From Rhizaria sp. SCN 62-66 (lineage: Eukaryota): DNA of 64,000 nt. The stretch is from contig MEDY01000055.1 of assembly GCA_001724265.1 (NCBI GenBank), positions 62,001 to 126,000 on the forward strand, read 5' to 3'. The position numbers and the translations under genes were made by a program. Below the pieces are notes generated by a model. That model saw only the letters and a program-made list of their open reading frames with translations. It searched no databases and was not told the origin of the DNA. Of this stretch, positions 1 through 10,900 are shown in pieces. Positions within the stretch are counted from its first letter, which is position 1, and every line of letters begins with the position of its first letter.

Positions 1-2000
1 GCCAAGGGTCCGTTGCCCCCGCCGCCGCCCCCGCTGCCGCCGCCGCAGCCGCCACAGCCGCACCCGAGCGCGTCCCCGCCCCTGCCCCACCCTTCGCACA
101 ACCACAACTATCCCGCCGCGCCCGGCCTCCGCGCGGGCACTGGCGCTGGCAGCGGCGGCGCTGGCGGCGCTAGCGGCGGGGTTGGCAGCGGCGGCAACGA
201 CGTGGCCCGCCGCGCGGCCGCGTCCGCCACCGCGGCGGGCGGCTCGCTGTCGCACCAGTCGCGGCGCTGGATGGCCGCGGTTACGGGCCGCACGTCGCTG
301 GCCGAGATCGCGCCGGTGGCGCCCTTCAGCGCCCACAGCAACCGAGCAGTCGACGGCTACAGTGGCGGCGGAGGACAGGGGCTGCATAAGCGATCGCGTA
401 TCGCCGCATCTGGAGGCGCACTGTCTGCGGCGACAACCTCAATGCCGGCCTCGCTATCAAACGTCGCAGCCGGCGCATCTCTGCACGGCCGGAACGTCAC
501 CGCGCCCGCGACGCTGCCCACCCGCAGCAGCAGCAGCAGCACTGCGGTTGGCGGCCCTACTGTGAGCGCAAGCAACGCGGGCATGGGCGCTGGCAGCGCC
601 GAGGCCGGCAGCAAGGCCGCCGCGCTGCGCCAGCGACTGGAGAGCCTCAGCGCCAACCGCAGCGTTACTGCGAACCACCACAACAACAACAGCAGCAACG
701 CCAACAGCGCTGGCGGCGGGCCCGGGCACGTCCGCGGTGTTGGCAGCATCAGCAACGCTGGCAGCATGCCACCACCCGCGCATCCGCCTGCACATCACTT
801 CTTCCGCGCCGCGACTGTATCTGCGACCACAGCGTATCTGTCCGCGGGCGCCGTTGCGGCCGGCCAGTCCTCGAACCGGGACTCGTCCTCCGCCTCAGAC
901 TCCGGCGCCGCCGCCGGTGCCGCAGCCGCCGTCCCGCGCTCGGGTTCGTCGGCCTTCCATTCCGGCGCGGCCGGCGTTGTCGTCACTGGGACTGGCGTCG
1001 CCGCGCGCCCCGCGGCCCGCGTCCGGGCTGAGGTGGCCTTCGCGGCGGCCACGGCGGCGGCGGCGGGCGCGCGCGGCACGCACACGTACGCCGGCGCCGC
1101 GCTCGTGGCCATGGGCCGCGGCGACGTCGAAGTCCCCATTCACCACCACCCCAGGCAGCAGTACCAGCCCAGGCCGCCGGCGGGGGCGCCGCGGAAGTTC
1201 GTGCCTCCGCAGCAGCAGAACCAGGGCCAGCAGCAGCCGGCGGGCCGGGGCAGCCGCGGCAGGCCGCAGGTCGTGGCCGCAGTTGCGCGCGCCGGCACGC
1301 GGGGCTTCCGCGCGCCAGAGGTGCTGATGCGCGAGAGTGCGGTACGTGTGTATTATATTGTTGTGTGTATTCTTTAACTTAATCGACCCTGAACATCTGT
1401 TTCTCTGCATACTTCCCCATATTTCCTGCTAACTTCGCTGACATGATTTTCCGTGTTTTTTTTTTTTTTTTTTTTTTTAAGACGCAAACTGTTGGACTCG
1501 ACACCTGGAGTGCTGGAACAATCCTTCTCACACTGCTTTGCCGCAGGTACCCCCTGTCCGTGGCAAACGAAGACATTGTATCTCAGGCAGAGCTGATTCG
1601 GTTGATGGGGACACCAATCGACCAGGACCCTTCGCACTACATCCTCAGCGACCGCGCTGTGAGCACCGAGTCCGTTCCCGAGACTATGGACGGCGCGCGC
1701 GGCCTCTGCGCCCGTCTGAACCCTTCCGTGCGATGGCCCGAGCCCGTGCTTGCGCTACTGGACGGTCTGCTTGCCGTTGACCCGCGCGAGCGACTGTCGG
1801 CCGCTGCCGCGCTGGAACTGCCGTTCTTCGACCCCGCGCAGTTCGACGCTAAGGCGTGGGACGACGCAGCATTCCCGGGCTGTGTGTCGCTGACCGAGGG
1901 CGGGAAAGGCGCGCCGCTGCCCGGGGGACCGATGCCTCTGGGCAGCGCCGAGGATGGCTTCGTGGTGGCAGGCTGCGCGGAGTGGAGCGATGACGAGTGA
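1..2000 (+). CDS. CDC7: CDC7-type Ser/Thr kinase, 3' part (gene starts before the window); exons <1..1341 and 1482..2000
   Basis: Frame is open from base 1. Splicing 1342-1481 joins RAGTRGFRAPEVLMRESA to TQTVGLDTWSAGTILLTLLCRRYP, matching the Cdc7 subdomain VIII-IX signature (RAGTxGFRAPEVL...QT..IDxWSAG.ILL..L..RYP). Subdomain XI follows (LLAVDPRERLSAAAALELPFF). Stop is TGA at 1998-2000. Confidence 0.85.
1342..1481 (+). other. Spliceosomal intron (140 nt, phase 0) in CDC7
   Basis: GTACGT donor at 1342, TGCTAAC branch-point-like motif at 1427-1433, long poly-T tract, AG at 1480-1481. AT-rich against GC-rich exons, and removal restores the kinase motif in frame. Confidence 0.9.
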
Positions 2001-2645
2001 GATGCACGGTGCGTGCACCGTGGATATGCCGAACCTAACTAACACATTCGTTATTTATATTTAAATATGTTAATTAGACGCAACTATAGTATACATAATC
2101 ATTGTTATCCCCACTTTAGCTCATATTTAACATCAGAAGATGCATTTTTTCAAGAAGTGCGCAGTGGCGGGCTGCAATCCAGACTTCAGATAGGAGAGGT
2201 TGCTGACCGCAAAGTGACCGTGGGCATCACTGCTTGAAGCGCCATCTTTACAACAGATTTAATATGTGTTGTTGTCGTCTTCTAGATACTATTTTTGAAG
2301 ATTACATAGAACAGTATTAAATTCATTTGGATGTGTTATACCATTACTTCTGTCGTTCAGCGGCACTGACAGGACCTGTTCAAAGTTGCCGATTGCCTCG
2401 TTTGTGCGGGATCATCACGTGGGCACTCGGAAGCCCCTTTCTTTAAACGCTCACACCTGCTATTCTTTTCTATACGGTATAGGACTTAACACCGAGATAT
2501 ATCTCGACCAAGTCCGTTAAATACCTGACTGGTAACACTAAATACCTTTATAGGTCTCTCCTAGCCAGGTTTTTTTACACCCCTACCTCCGTTCTCGCCC
2601 GACCGGGCCCTTCGGCCAAGTCCGCGCCGTTCCCCCGCGCGTCCG

Positions 2646-3290
2646 ATGTCGACGCCCTACGGCCCCGCGCACCTGCGCGCGCCGAGTGCACAGCCGGGCG
2701 ACCCGACATCTTCCTCCAACCAGCCTGACTCGCAGCCCTCCGGCCCCGCGCCGGTCCCATCGGTCCGCGCCTCGCTTTCCGGCGCCGCCGCCAGCCCCGG
2801 TGCACAGCCCCCGCTGCAGCGCGACCTCAGCGCGTCGCCCAACCCCACAGGTCCGCCGCCGGGCCAGAGCACGAGCCGCGCGCGCGGCCGCCGCGTCTCT
2901 TCGGGTGGCGCCGCGTTCCTGGGCTTCGCCGCCAGCGTGGGAGGCAACCCCGCCCCCGCGGCGGGCCCCGGCAGCGGCGGCCTCACCCACAGAGGCGGCG
3001 GCTCGGGCGAGTACCACATCGACCCCTCGGGCGCCTACCTGGGCCTGCCCGCGCTTGCGTATCCCGGCGCGGCGCCCTCGGTCTCCGCCGCGGGCCCCGC
3101 GGGGAGCTACTCGCCGCGCTCGCGGTCGCGGCCAGCGTCGCGCCAGTCGGGCTTTTTGCAGCATCACCAGCAGCAGATGCAGCAGATGCAGCAGATGCAG
3201 CAGATGCAGCAGCCATACCGCCACCCGACGCCGCCGAACACGTATAACTACGCTATGCACGCCGCCGCTGCCGCGAACAACACCAACGCT

Positions 3291-3321
<31 letters not shown>

Positions 3322-4938
3322 TGCATCAGCAGCAACAACAGCAGGCGCCTGCGTTTGCGCACATGATGTCCCTCGGCCTGGCCCCCGGCATGCCTCCGCA
3401 GCAGCAGACACTTGTCTCGCCCACGGGCGCCTTCTACTCGCTGCCCGTGGCCGGCCCCGCGCAGGGCATGGGCGCCCCGCGGCCGCGGTCGCCGTTCCGT
3501 GCCGCAGTCGCCGCCGTCGCCACCAGCAGCATGGGCGCTCACAACAACAATGCCGGCGGCACCGCGGCGGCCGGGACTGCGCAGTACACTGGCGACGCCG
3601 TAGTCTCGAACAGCACCAGCAACAGCAACACGGGCACGCCCCTGATCCACACGAGCACGTCTGCTGGCGCGACGCCGCTGACGATGGGACCCGCACCCGC
3701 GCCCGCCGTCACGATGACCGCCAGCACCACGACTTCGAACACACCGGCCCAGACCCCGGGCCCGCTCAGCGCGGCGATGGCGCTGCCCAACAACGACTCC
3801 AACAGCACCAACGCGAGCTCGCAGCTCAACACCGGCACCAGCGCCGGCGCAGGCTCTGCGGCGATGCACTTGAGTCCGTTCGCGAACCTGCACTGGGGAT
3901 CGCTGCAGCCGCACCCGCACCCGCCGTCGCGGACGGCCACGCCGCGCATCGCTAACGCCGGTGACGCCAGCAGTAGCTCCGGCACCGCGGCCAGCAGCAG
4001 CGGCGGAGGCGGTGGCGGCGGAGGCATGATGATGCAGTCGCCGCCGCCGCCCGCGCTGCTGCACATGATGTCCTACGGCGGCAACCCCCCGGCCGGGTAC
4101 GGCATGATGACGCCCCACGCGCACGGCCACGCGATGCAGATGGGCCACCCCATGGGCGGCGCACACGGTCACCAGATGATCCAGTCCCCCAGCATGTTCA
4201 CGCCCACGCACGCGGGCGCATTCGCGATGACGCACCTGTCGCCCGCGCCGAGCCACCACTACACGGCGTTCCAGCAGCACATGCACCAGCAGCAGATCCA
4301 GCCGGGCTCCGCCAGCGCGCCGCAGCAGACGCACGGGCTCGGCGCCGGCGCCGCGGACCACGCCGACGCGACGCCCGTGCTCAACACGCCGGGCTACACG
4401 CAGAACAACACGCCCGCCGTCGCGAACGGCAACGACGCAGTGCTGGTGGGCATGCCGCTGTCGTTCGCGCACAGCCACGCGCATAGCCAGGCCCACAGCC
4501 AGTCGCACTCCCAGTCGCAGTATCCTCAGCAGGGGCAGCAGTCGCACACGCTGCCTCACGGGAGCAGCGGCACGAGCGAGCTCCCCGGCTCGCACTCTGG
4601 CGACGCTCACAGCCAGCACCACGGCGGCGACGGCGACGCGCTGCCCGGCGAGCATGACACCGCTCGCACTGGCACCACCATGTCCGGCGTCACCGTCACG
4701 TCCTCGGTCTACACGCGCGTGCGCGCGCCCAGCGCCTTTGGTGGCAGCGGCGGCGCGGGCGGCGGCGGCAATGGCGGCAACGGCGGCGGCAGCGGCGGCG
4801 GCGGCGGTTTCGACTCCGTGTCGTCGCTGCCGGCCGGCGTGTCAATCCCCGCCCTGCAGCTGCCCGTCATGTCACCGACGCCGCCCGCGGGCACGGCGCT
4901 GGCCAAGTCCTTCTCGCAGCCGCCGCTGCAGCAGCAGT

Positions 4939-4981
<43 letters not shown>

Positions 4982-7900
4982 CGGCGGTGAAGGATACGGG
5001 ATGCACACCGGCGCGACGATCGGCGACCTGATGTTGCAGGTGCAGGGCGGCCCGTCGACGCTGGGCTCCCCCGGTCTCGAGTCGCTGCCTCAGCCCACGA
5101 CGGCGGTTTCCGGCTTCAACTCGGAGGGCTTCATGACGGCCACGCCATTCGAGCCGCTTACTGGCGCCGGCGTCTTCGGCAGCCCCTACGCCTTGAACCG
5201 TGGGCTCGGCTACGACAACGCGGCCCCCGGCGGTATGGGCTCGCCCGCCGTCGGCCAGGGCTCCTGGGTCGCTAAGTCCCCGCTCCCGGACCCCGTCGCC
5301 GCACTCACGTTGGGCGTCAAGGGCGCCCCGGCCGCGGCGAACCCATTCTCGCCCGTCGCCGCACCGGCCTCCGCGGGCGCGTCGCCGATGCCAGGGCTGG
5401 ACCGCAAGCAGACGCTCGGGGCCGCGCGCACCGGCGCCGACACCGCGCGCCTCGCGGCGCCCGTTACCACCACCGGCGCGGGCCGTCGCGGCCTGTACGG
5501 CCGCCGCCAGAACAACCTGCGTTGCGCCAAGATCCGACCCTTTCTCATCTGCAGCGAGTCAGCTTCTTGCGCTGCAGTCACGAAGTACGGCGCCAAAGAA
5601 CTCGAGCTCTCGCGTGCCGCCGCCCGCGCGCGCGCCTGTGCCATGTCGACGCTATACTCTGTTTTTATGGCGTTTGTGTTCATGGTTGACACAGTGCTGC
5701 TGGCGCTGGACCACCCGAAGTACAACCGGTTCGACTACTCGCCGCCCGTTTTCGGCATTGTCATGGTGTCCTACCTCTTTATTACGGTGGCGTACATCGC
5801 CGAGTTCGTCGTCAACATGCTCGCCTACAGCGGGCGCGCGGCCATCGGCGGCCGGCCCGGCGAGCGGCAGTCTGAGTTCTACGGCTCCTTCTTGGGCTGG
5901 TTCTGCGTCGCCGCGATCATCACGCTCATCGTCGACTGCGTGTGGCCGCTAAACACGCTGCGTTACCTGCCCGCGATCCGCATCGTGCGCTTCTTCCGCG
6001 TTTTCACGTACCTCTCCGCGGTGCGCTCGATCGCGATGATCTCGCAGGCCGTGTCTAAGTCCGTCGGCAGGCTTATCCCGCTCTTTATCGTGCTGCTGCT
6101 GCTCATTCTCGTCTTCGCGTCTAACTGGACTCTGGCTTACGACACCACGTTCACGCGCCGCTGTCTGCTCACTCCGGAGGGCATCGCGATCGCGAGCGAC
6201 TCCACGGACCCACGCTTCGATGCCATCCAGGTCCAGTTCGCGGTGGAGCAGGCGCAGCGGTGCGTGACGCGCGCGGGCCAGTGGTCCGTGGCGCCCGGCC
6301 GTCTGTGTCCGTAGTACTTCGAGTGCGTCAACGACGCGCCGTTGTCGAGCATCTACGACTCGTTCAGCAACGTACTGCTGTCGTCCGTGGTCGTGTTCCG
6401 CATCGTCGTCATTGAGTCGTGGAACTCCATCATGTACGACATGCAGGACATTTACAACTGGATTCCCGTCGTGCTTTGCATCGTGCTCATTTTCATCGGC
6501 AACTTTTTCCTGCTCAACTTCGTGGCCGCCGTCGTCGTGAACGAGTTCCAGAACCTCGTCGCCGAGCTCTACGTGCAGCAGGCGCGCTCCTCGCAGCGCG
6601 GCTTCGACGAGCTCCGCGAAGTCATCATCCAGATGCTATCCAGCGAAGGACTCTTCCGCGACTTCCCCGTGCTTGGCTCCACTGGCGTGCCCGTCATGCT
6701 GCACCAGTGCGCCACGGGCAAGGCGCTCGCGGGCTTCCTGCTCAAGTCGGAGATCTGCACGTCGCGCAAGGACGCCGTGCGCATGCTGCACCGCATGCTG
6801 TCGCTGCGCATTTTACACGAGGTCTCGGCCGCGGGTGTGGTGCAGCCCAGCGGCAGCGGCGGCATGTATGAGGTCAAGTTCTTCACCGATGCGACGCACT
6901 TTTACTCCTTCGAGGGTTCCGACGAGCCGGACGAGAACATGCCGCCCGCGCTGCAGCAGATCATCCGCTCCATCCTGCTGCCCATCAAGCAGCTCATTGC
7001 GGAGCTCGCTGCCAAGCGCGCCGCCGCCGTCGCTGCGGGCGCTGCGGGCGCGGCTGCCGCGGCCGCTGCGGCCGGCGGGCCCAACGCCGCGCTGATTGCG
7101 GCGCAGGCCGCACAGGCCGCCGCGGCTGCAAAGGCTGCGAATGCCGCCGCCAAGGCCGCCAAGGCCGCTGCTGACGCCGCGACCTCCGCCGTCGCCCCCG
7201 CCGACGCCGAGGCGACCGCGGCCGCCGCTGCCACAGCTGCAACCGCCGCCTCGGCCGCCGCGGCAGAGGCCGAAGCTGCTGTCGCCGGCACTGCTCCTGC
7301 CACTGCGATGACAACCGCGCACCCAACAGCCTCCGCGCCCACCGGCACCGGTGCTGGCCACGGCCACGGGCTCGGGCTCGGCCTCATGTCGCCCGCCGAG
7401 CTCACCGCCGCCGCCAGCGCCGCGGTCTCCTCAACCGGCGGCGCGAAGCCCGAGCTCGGCACCGGCGCGAACGGCGAGAGCACCGCGTACACGGTGCCGG
7501 GGCTGGCGCTGGGCGGGATCCCCGCGAACCTCGGCGTCGGGCTCGGCTCGGAGGGCCTTGTCCCCGCGCAGACCGACCACATGCACTTCGCGGGCGCGAT
7601 GCCCGGCTCGGGCGCTGCGGGTGGCGACGTGTCCAATGGACAGCAGCAGCTGGACCAGCAGCAGCAGCTGCTGCAGCAGGAGCTTGACGGCGGCGCCATG
7701 ACGCAGGCGCAGTTCGACGAGCAGTACCAACACTTCTACCAGCAGCATCTGCAGAACAACCTCCGCGCCGCGGGCTTCGATCCCGCGACCGCGGCCGCCG
7801 CCGCCGCCGCGGGCCCCGGCGGCGTCCCCGGCGTTGCCGGGGCGGACGGCGACGCTTCGAACTCGGCGGCTATGATGGCCATGACGCCGTTCGGCGCGTT

Positions 7901-10900
7901 CAGCAGCCCGCCCGCGCTGCAGGCCGCCGCGTCGGTCGGGCTCGGCAGTGTCCAGCGCCATCGCCACAGCCTCTCGCACGGCGGCTACCCGGGGCCCGCG
8001 TTCCACCATCCCGATCTCACCACGGCCTTCAACGCAGGCGCCGGCGCGGGCCAGCCGGGCGGGTACTACACCCCCGGCCACGGCAGCGGATCCTTCACGA
8101 CCCCGGTCAATGCGCTGGGGCAGCCGCTGTTCCTGACCGCCGCAGTGCCTGCGCAGCAGCCGCCGCCGTCGGCGCGCAGCCACCACGTCCCGGCCGCGCA
8201 CACCGGCGCGGAACAGTTCGGCGACGACGGCGACACGTTCCAGGGCCCCGGGGCTGGCCTCGGGGCCGCCACCCCGCGCGCGCACGGCGCAGCCACCCCG
8301 CGCGCGCACGGCGCAGCCACTCCGCGCCTAAGCTTTGTCACTGGCACCGGCTCCACGCTAGTGTCGGCGACGCCGCGCTACGGCCCCGGCGGCGTGCCGC
8401 AGACCCCGCGCGCGGGCATCATGACACCGCGCACGGGGGGCGGGACGCTGCCGCCGCAGACGCCGCGCGCTGGGGGCGGGGCGCTGCCGCCGCAGACGCC
8501 GCGCGCGGGGACTATGACGCCCCGCGCCGGCGCGATGACGCCGCGCGCGGGCGGAATGACTCCGCGCGCGTCCGGGATGCTGACGCGCGGCGAGACCTTT
8601 ACCACGCGCATCCTGCACCCTGCGCCGCTGTCGCTGGCGCAGTCCGCGCAGTCGCAGGCGCAGGCGCAGCAGCAGCCTTTGCAGGGCAGCACTGTGGAGG
8701 ACGAGCGCGCGCGCTTCTTCGCCGCACCACAGCCGAGTCCCCGCGCGTCGCAGCGCAGCCACGCCCACGACGATGGGCTGGATCCCGCTGCCGGCACGAG
8801 CGCTGACGCCACAGAGCCGATTCCTACGTTTCACCCCATGGGCTCACGCACTGTCGACGTCACGCGCACGCCGCGCGGCGCCATGCTGCATCAACAGCAG
8901 CAGCAGCAGCAGCAGCAGTTCGGTTTGGTGCCTATTACATTTAACGTTCCCGTCACGACCTCCGGCTCGGCGCCCATCGACGGCGCTACCGACCCGTCTC
9001 TGACCGCCGCGGTCGCCGTGGCCGCGGGCGCCACGGCCTCGGCCTCTGGCTCGGGCATGCCGTCTGCGCGCCGCCGCTCTAACAGCACGGCCCCGACGCC
9101 CGGCACCGCCCGCCGCCGCCTCTCCGGGCTGTCCGCCGACCCCGCCGCGCTCGCCGCCACCAACAACAACAGCACCGGCAGCGCCGGCGGCGGGAACCCC
9201 AGCGGAGGGTTCGTGCCGCCGCCCCTGGTGCACGGCGCGTCCGCACGCGGCGGGCTCGGCAGCGCGGGCGCCAGCGTGCGCAACCTCAACGGGCTGGTCG
9301 CCGGCCCCGCTGGCCCCGGGTTCGTGCCGCCGCCGCTGCTTGCGCAGGGCAGCCGGCTGGGCAGCATGACGCCGGGCCTACGCACTCCGGGCTACGGCCA
9401 GCCGCAGGTACCTCAGTCGCCGTCGCTGGGCGCGGGCGGATACATGCTGCCGCTGCACTCGGCCGCCGTGGCCGCCGCGGGCGCGTCGTTCGTGGCCGTG
9501 AGGGGCCCCAACGGCGTCGTGTTCGTGCCTAGCTACGGCCCACCGCAGGGCTATGAGCTCGCGGCGCAGATGAGCGCGGCGCAGATGGGCGCGGCGCGCG
9601 CGCATAGCACGACGCCGGGCGGCCTGTCGCGCAGCCTCGCGCAGGGCGGCAGCGGGCCTAACGGCACGCCGGGCGTGCCGGGCACGGGCCGCCGGTCCAT
9701 CGCGCTCTCTGGCGGGCCCACTGGCGGGGCGCCGGGCAACGCGGGCGCCGTGTTTGGGAGCAAGGCGCCTTCGCCCCACAGCGCACTGAGGCGCATGAAC
9801 AGCTTAGGCAACATGTACCACCAGAACTTGAACGATCCTATGGTGATGCAGCAGCAGCAGCAGCAGCAGCAGCAGTATCAGCAGTATCAGCAGCAACAGC
9901 AGTCGGCGATGCAGGGTGGTGACCGCAACCGTTTCTTTGCTCCGGCAGCAGATGCCCTCGACAATAGTATCTCGAGCAGCAATGGCAACGGACCGAATAA
10001 CAGCAACACAGGGAACCTTAGTCTTAACACTGGCGGCTCTGCCCATGTTGGTGTCACTAACAACAACAACCACAACAACCCAAGCAGCAACACCGACAAC
10101 GACTCTGTCTCGCACCACGGTTCTGAGCACCACAGCATCGCCCCCAGCAACGCCACGCTCGGCGGCACGAACACGCACGGCCCCGCAATCGACCGCACGG
10201 GCTCACTGCGCGTGCTCTCGCTCGCGCGCGGCTCCGTATCGACGCCGCGGCACAACTTTGCCCCCGCGCCGCACATGCCCAGTCCCGCGCTCGGTACGCC
10301 CCGCAATTTGGCTGCCGCGTCCGCCGCCGCTGCACCAGCCGCCCCGGCGGTGACTGCGAACAACGCGAGCAACGACACCGGTGCGGCGCGCAATCGGTCG
10401 CCGTCGAGCACGCTGTTCACGATCGCCAACTCCAACACCGCTTCGAACACCAACGCCAATGCGGGCGCGTCTCCGGTCAGCGGCTCGGGGGCTAACGCGC
10501 CCGAGCGCGGCTCGCTGCACAGCAGCCCCAACGCTATGCTGCGGCGTGTCAGCAACGCCTCGCCCACGCCGCCCTCGACGACGATCGCGGGCGCGCTGTC
10601 ACTCAACACGGCCGCGCCGCCTCTGGCCGCCTCGGGCGGGGCGACGCCCGCGACCGATAACTCGACCGCGACACCTCAGTCTCAGCAGCAGCAACAACAA
10701 CAGCAACAACAACAACAGCAGCAGCAGCAGCAACAGCAACAGCAGCTGAGTCTGTCGACCTCCGTCGAAGCGTCCGCGCCTGCGCCGACGCCGCAGTACT
10801 CGCCCGACGTCGCCGCGACGGACGAGGACGACGCCGTGCGGTACAACTTCACGCCCGGCGACGGCGACGGCGATGGACGCGGTGGCGACTCGTTCCAGGA

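Noticed and set aside
6342-6344. Treating 2646..6314 and 6342..40190 as two genes with a TTG start
   Set aside because: The break falls inside repeat I with no intergenic space or promoter-like AT-rich DNA, and the frame is continuous.
6326-6347. Short hairpin (CG-T-CAACG/CGTTG-T-CG) just downstream of the TAG as a readthrough stimulator
   Set aside because: Only about 7 bp in GC-rich sequence, so expected by chance. The TAG-TAC context is not a known strong readthrough motif.
6260-6349. Small in-frame GT-AG introns that could remove the TAG (6288-6314, 6264-6314, 6260-6349)
   Set aside because: They are GC-rich, lack the polypyrimidine tract and branch point of real introns here, and would delete conserved turret cysteines. 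Not strictly excluded without RNA data.
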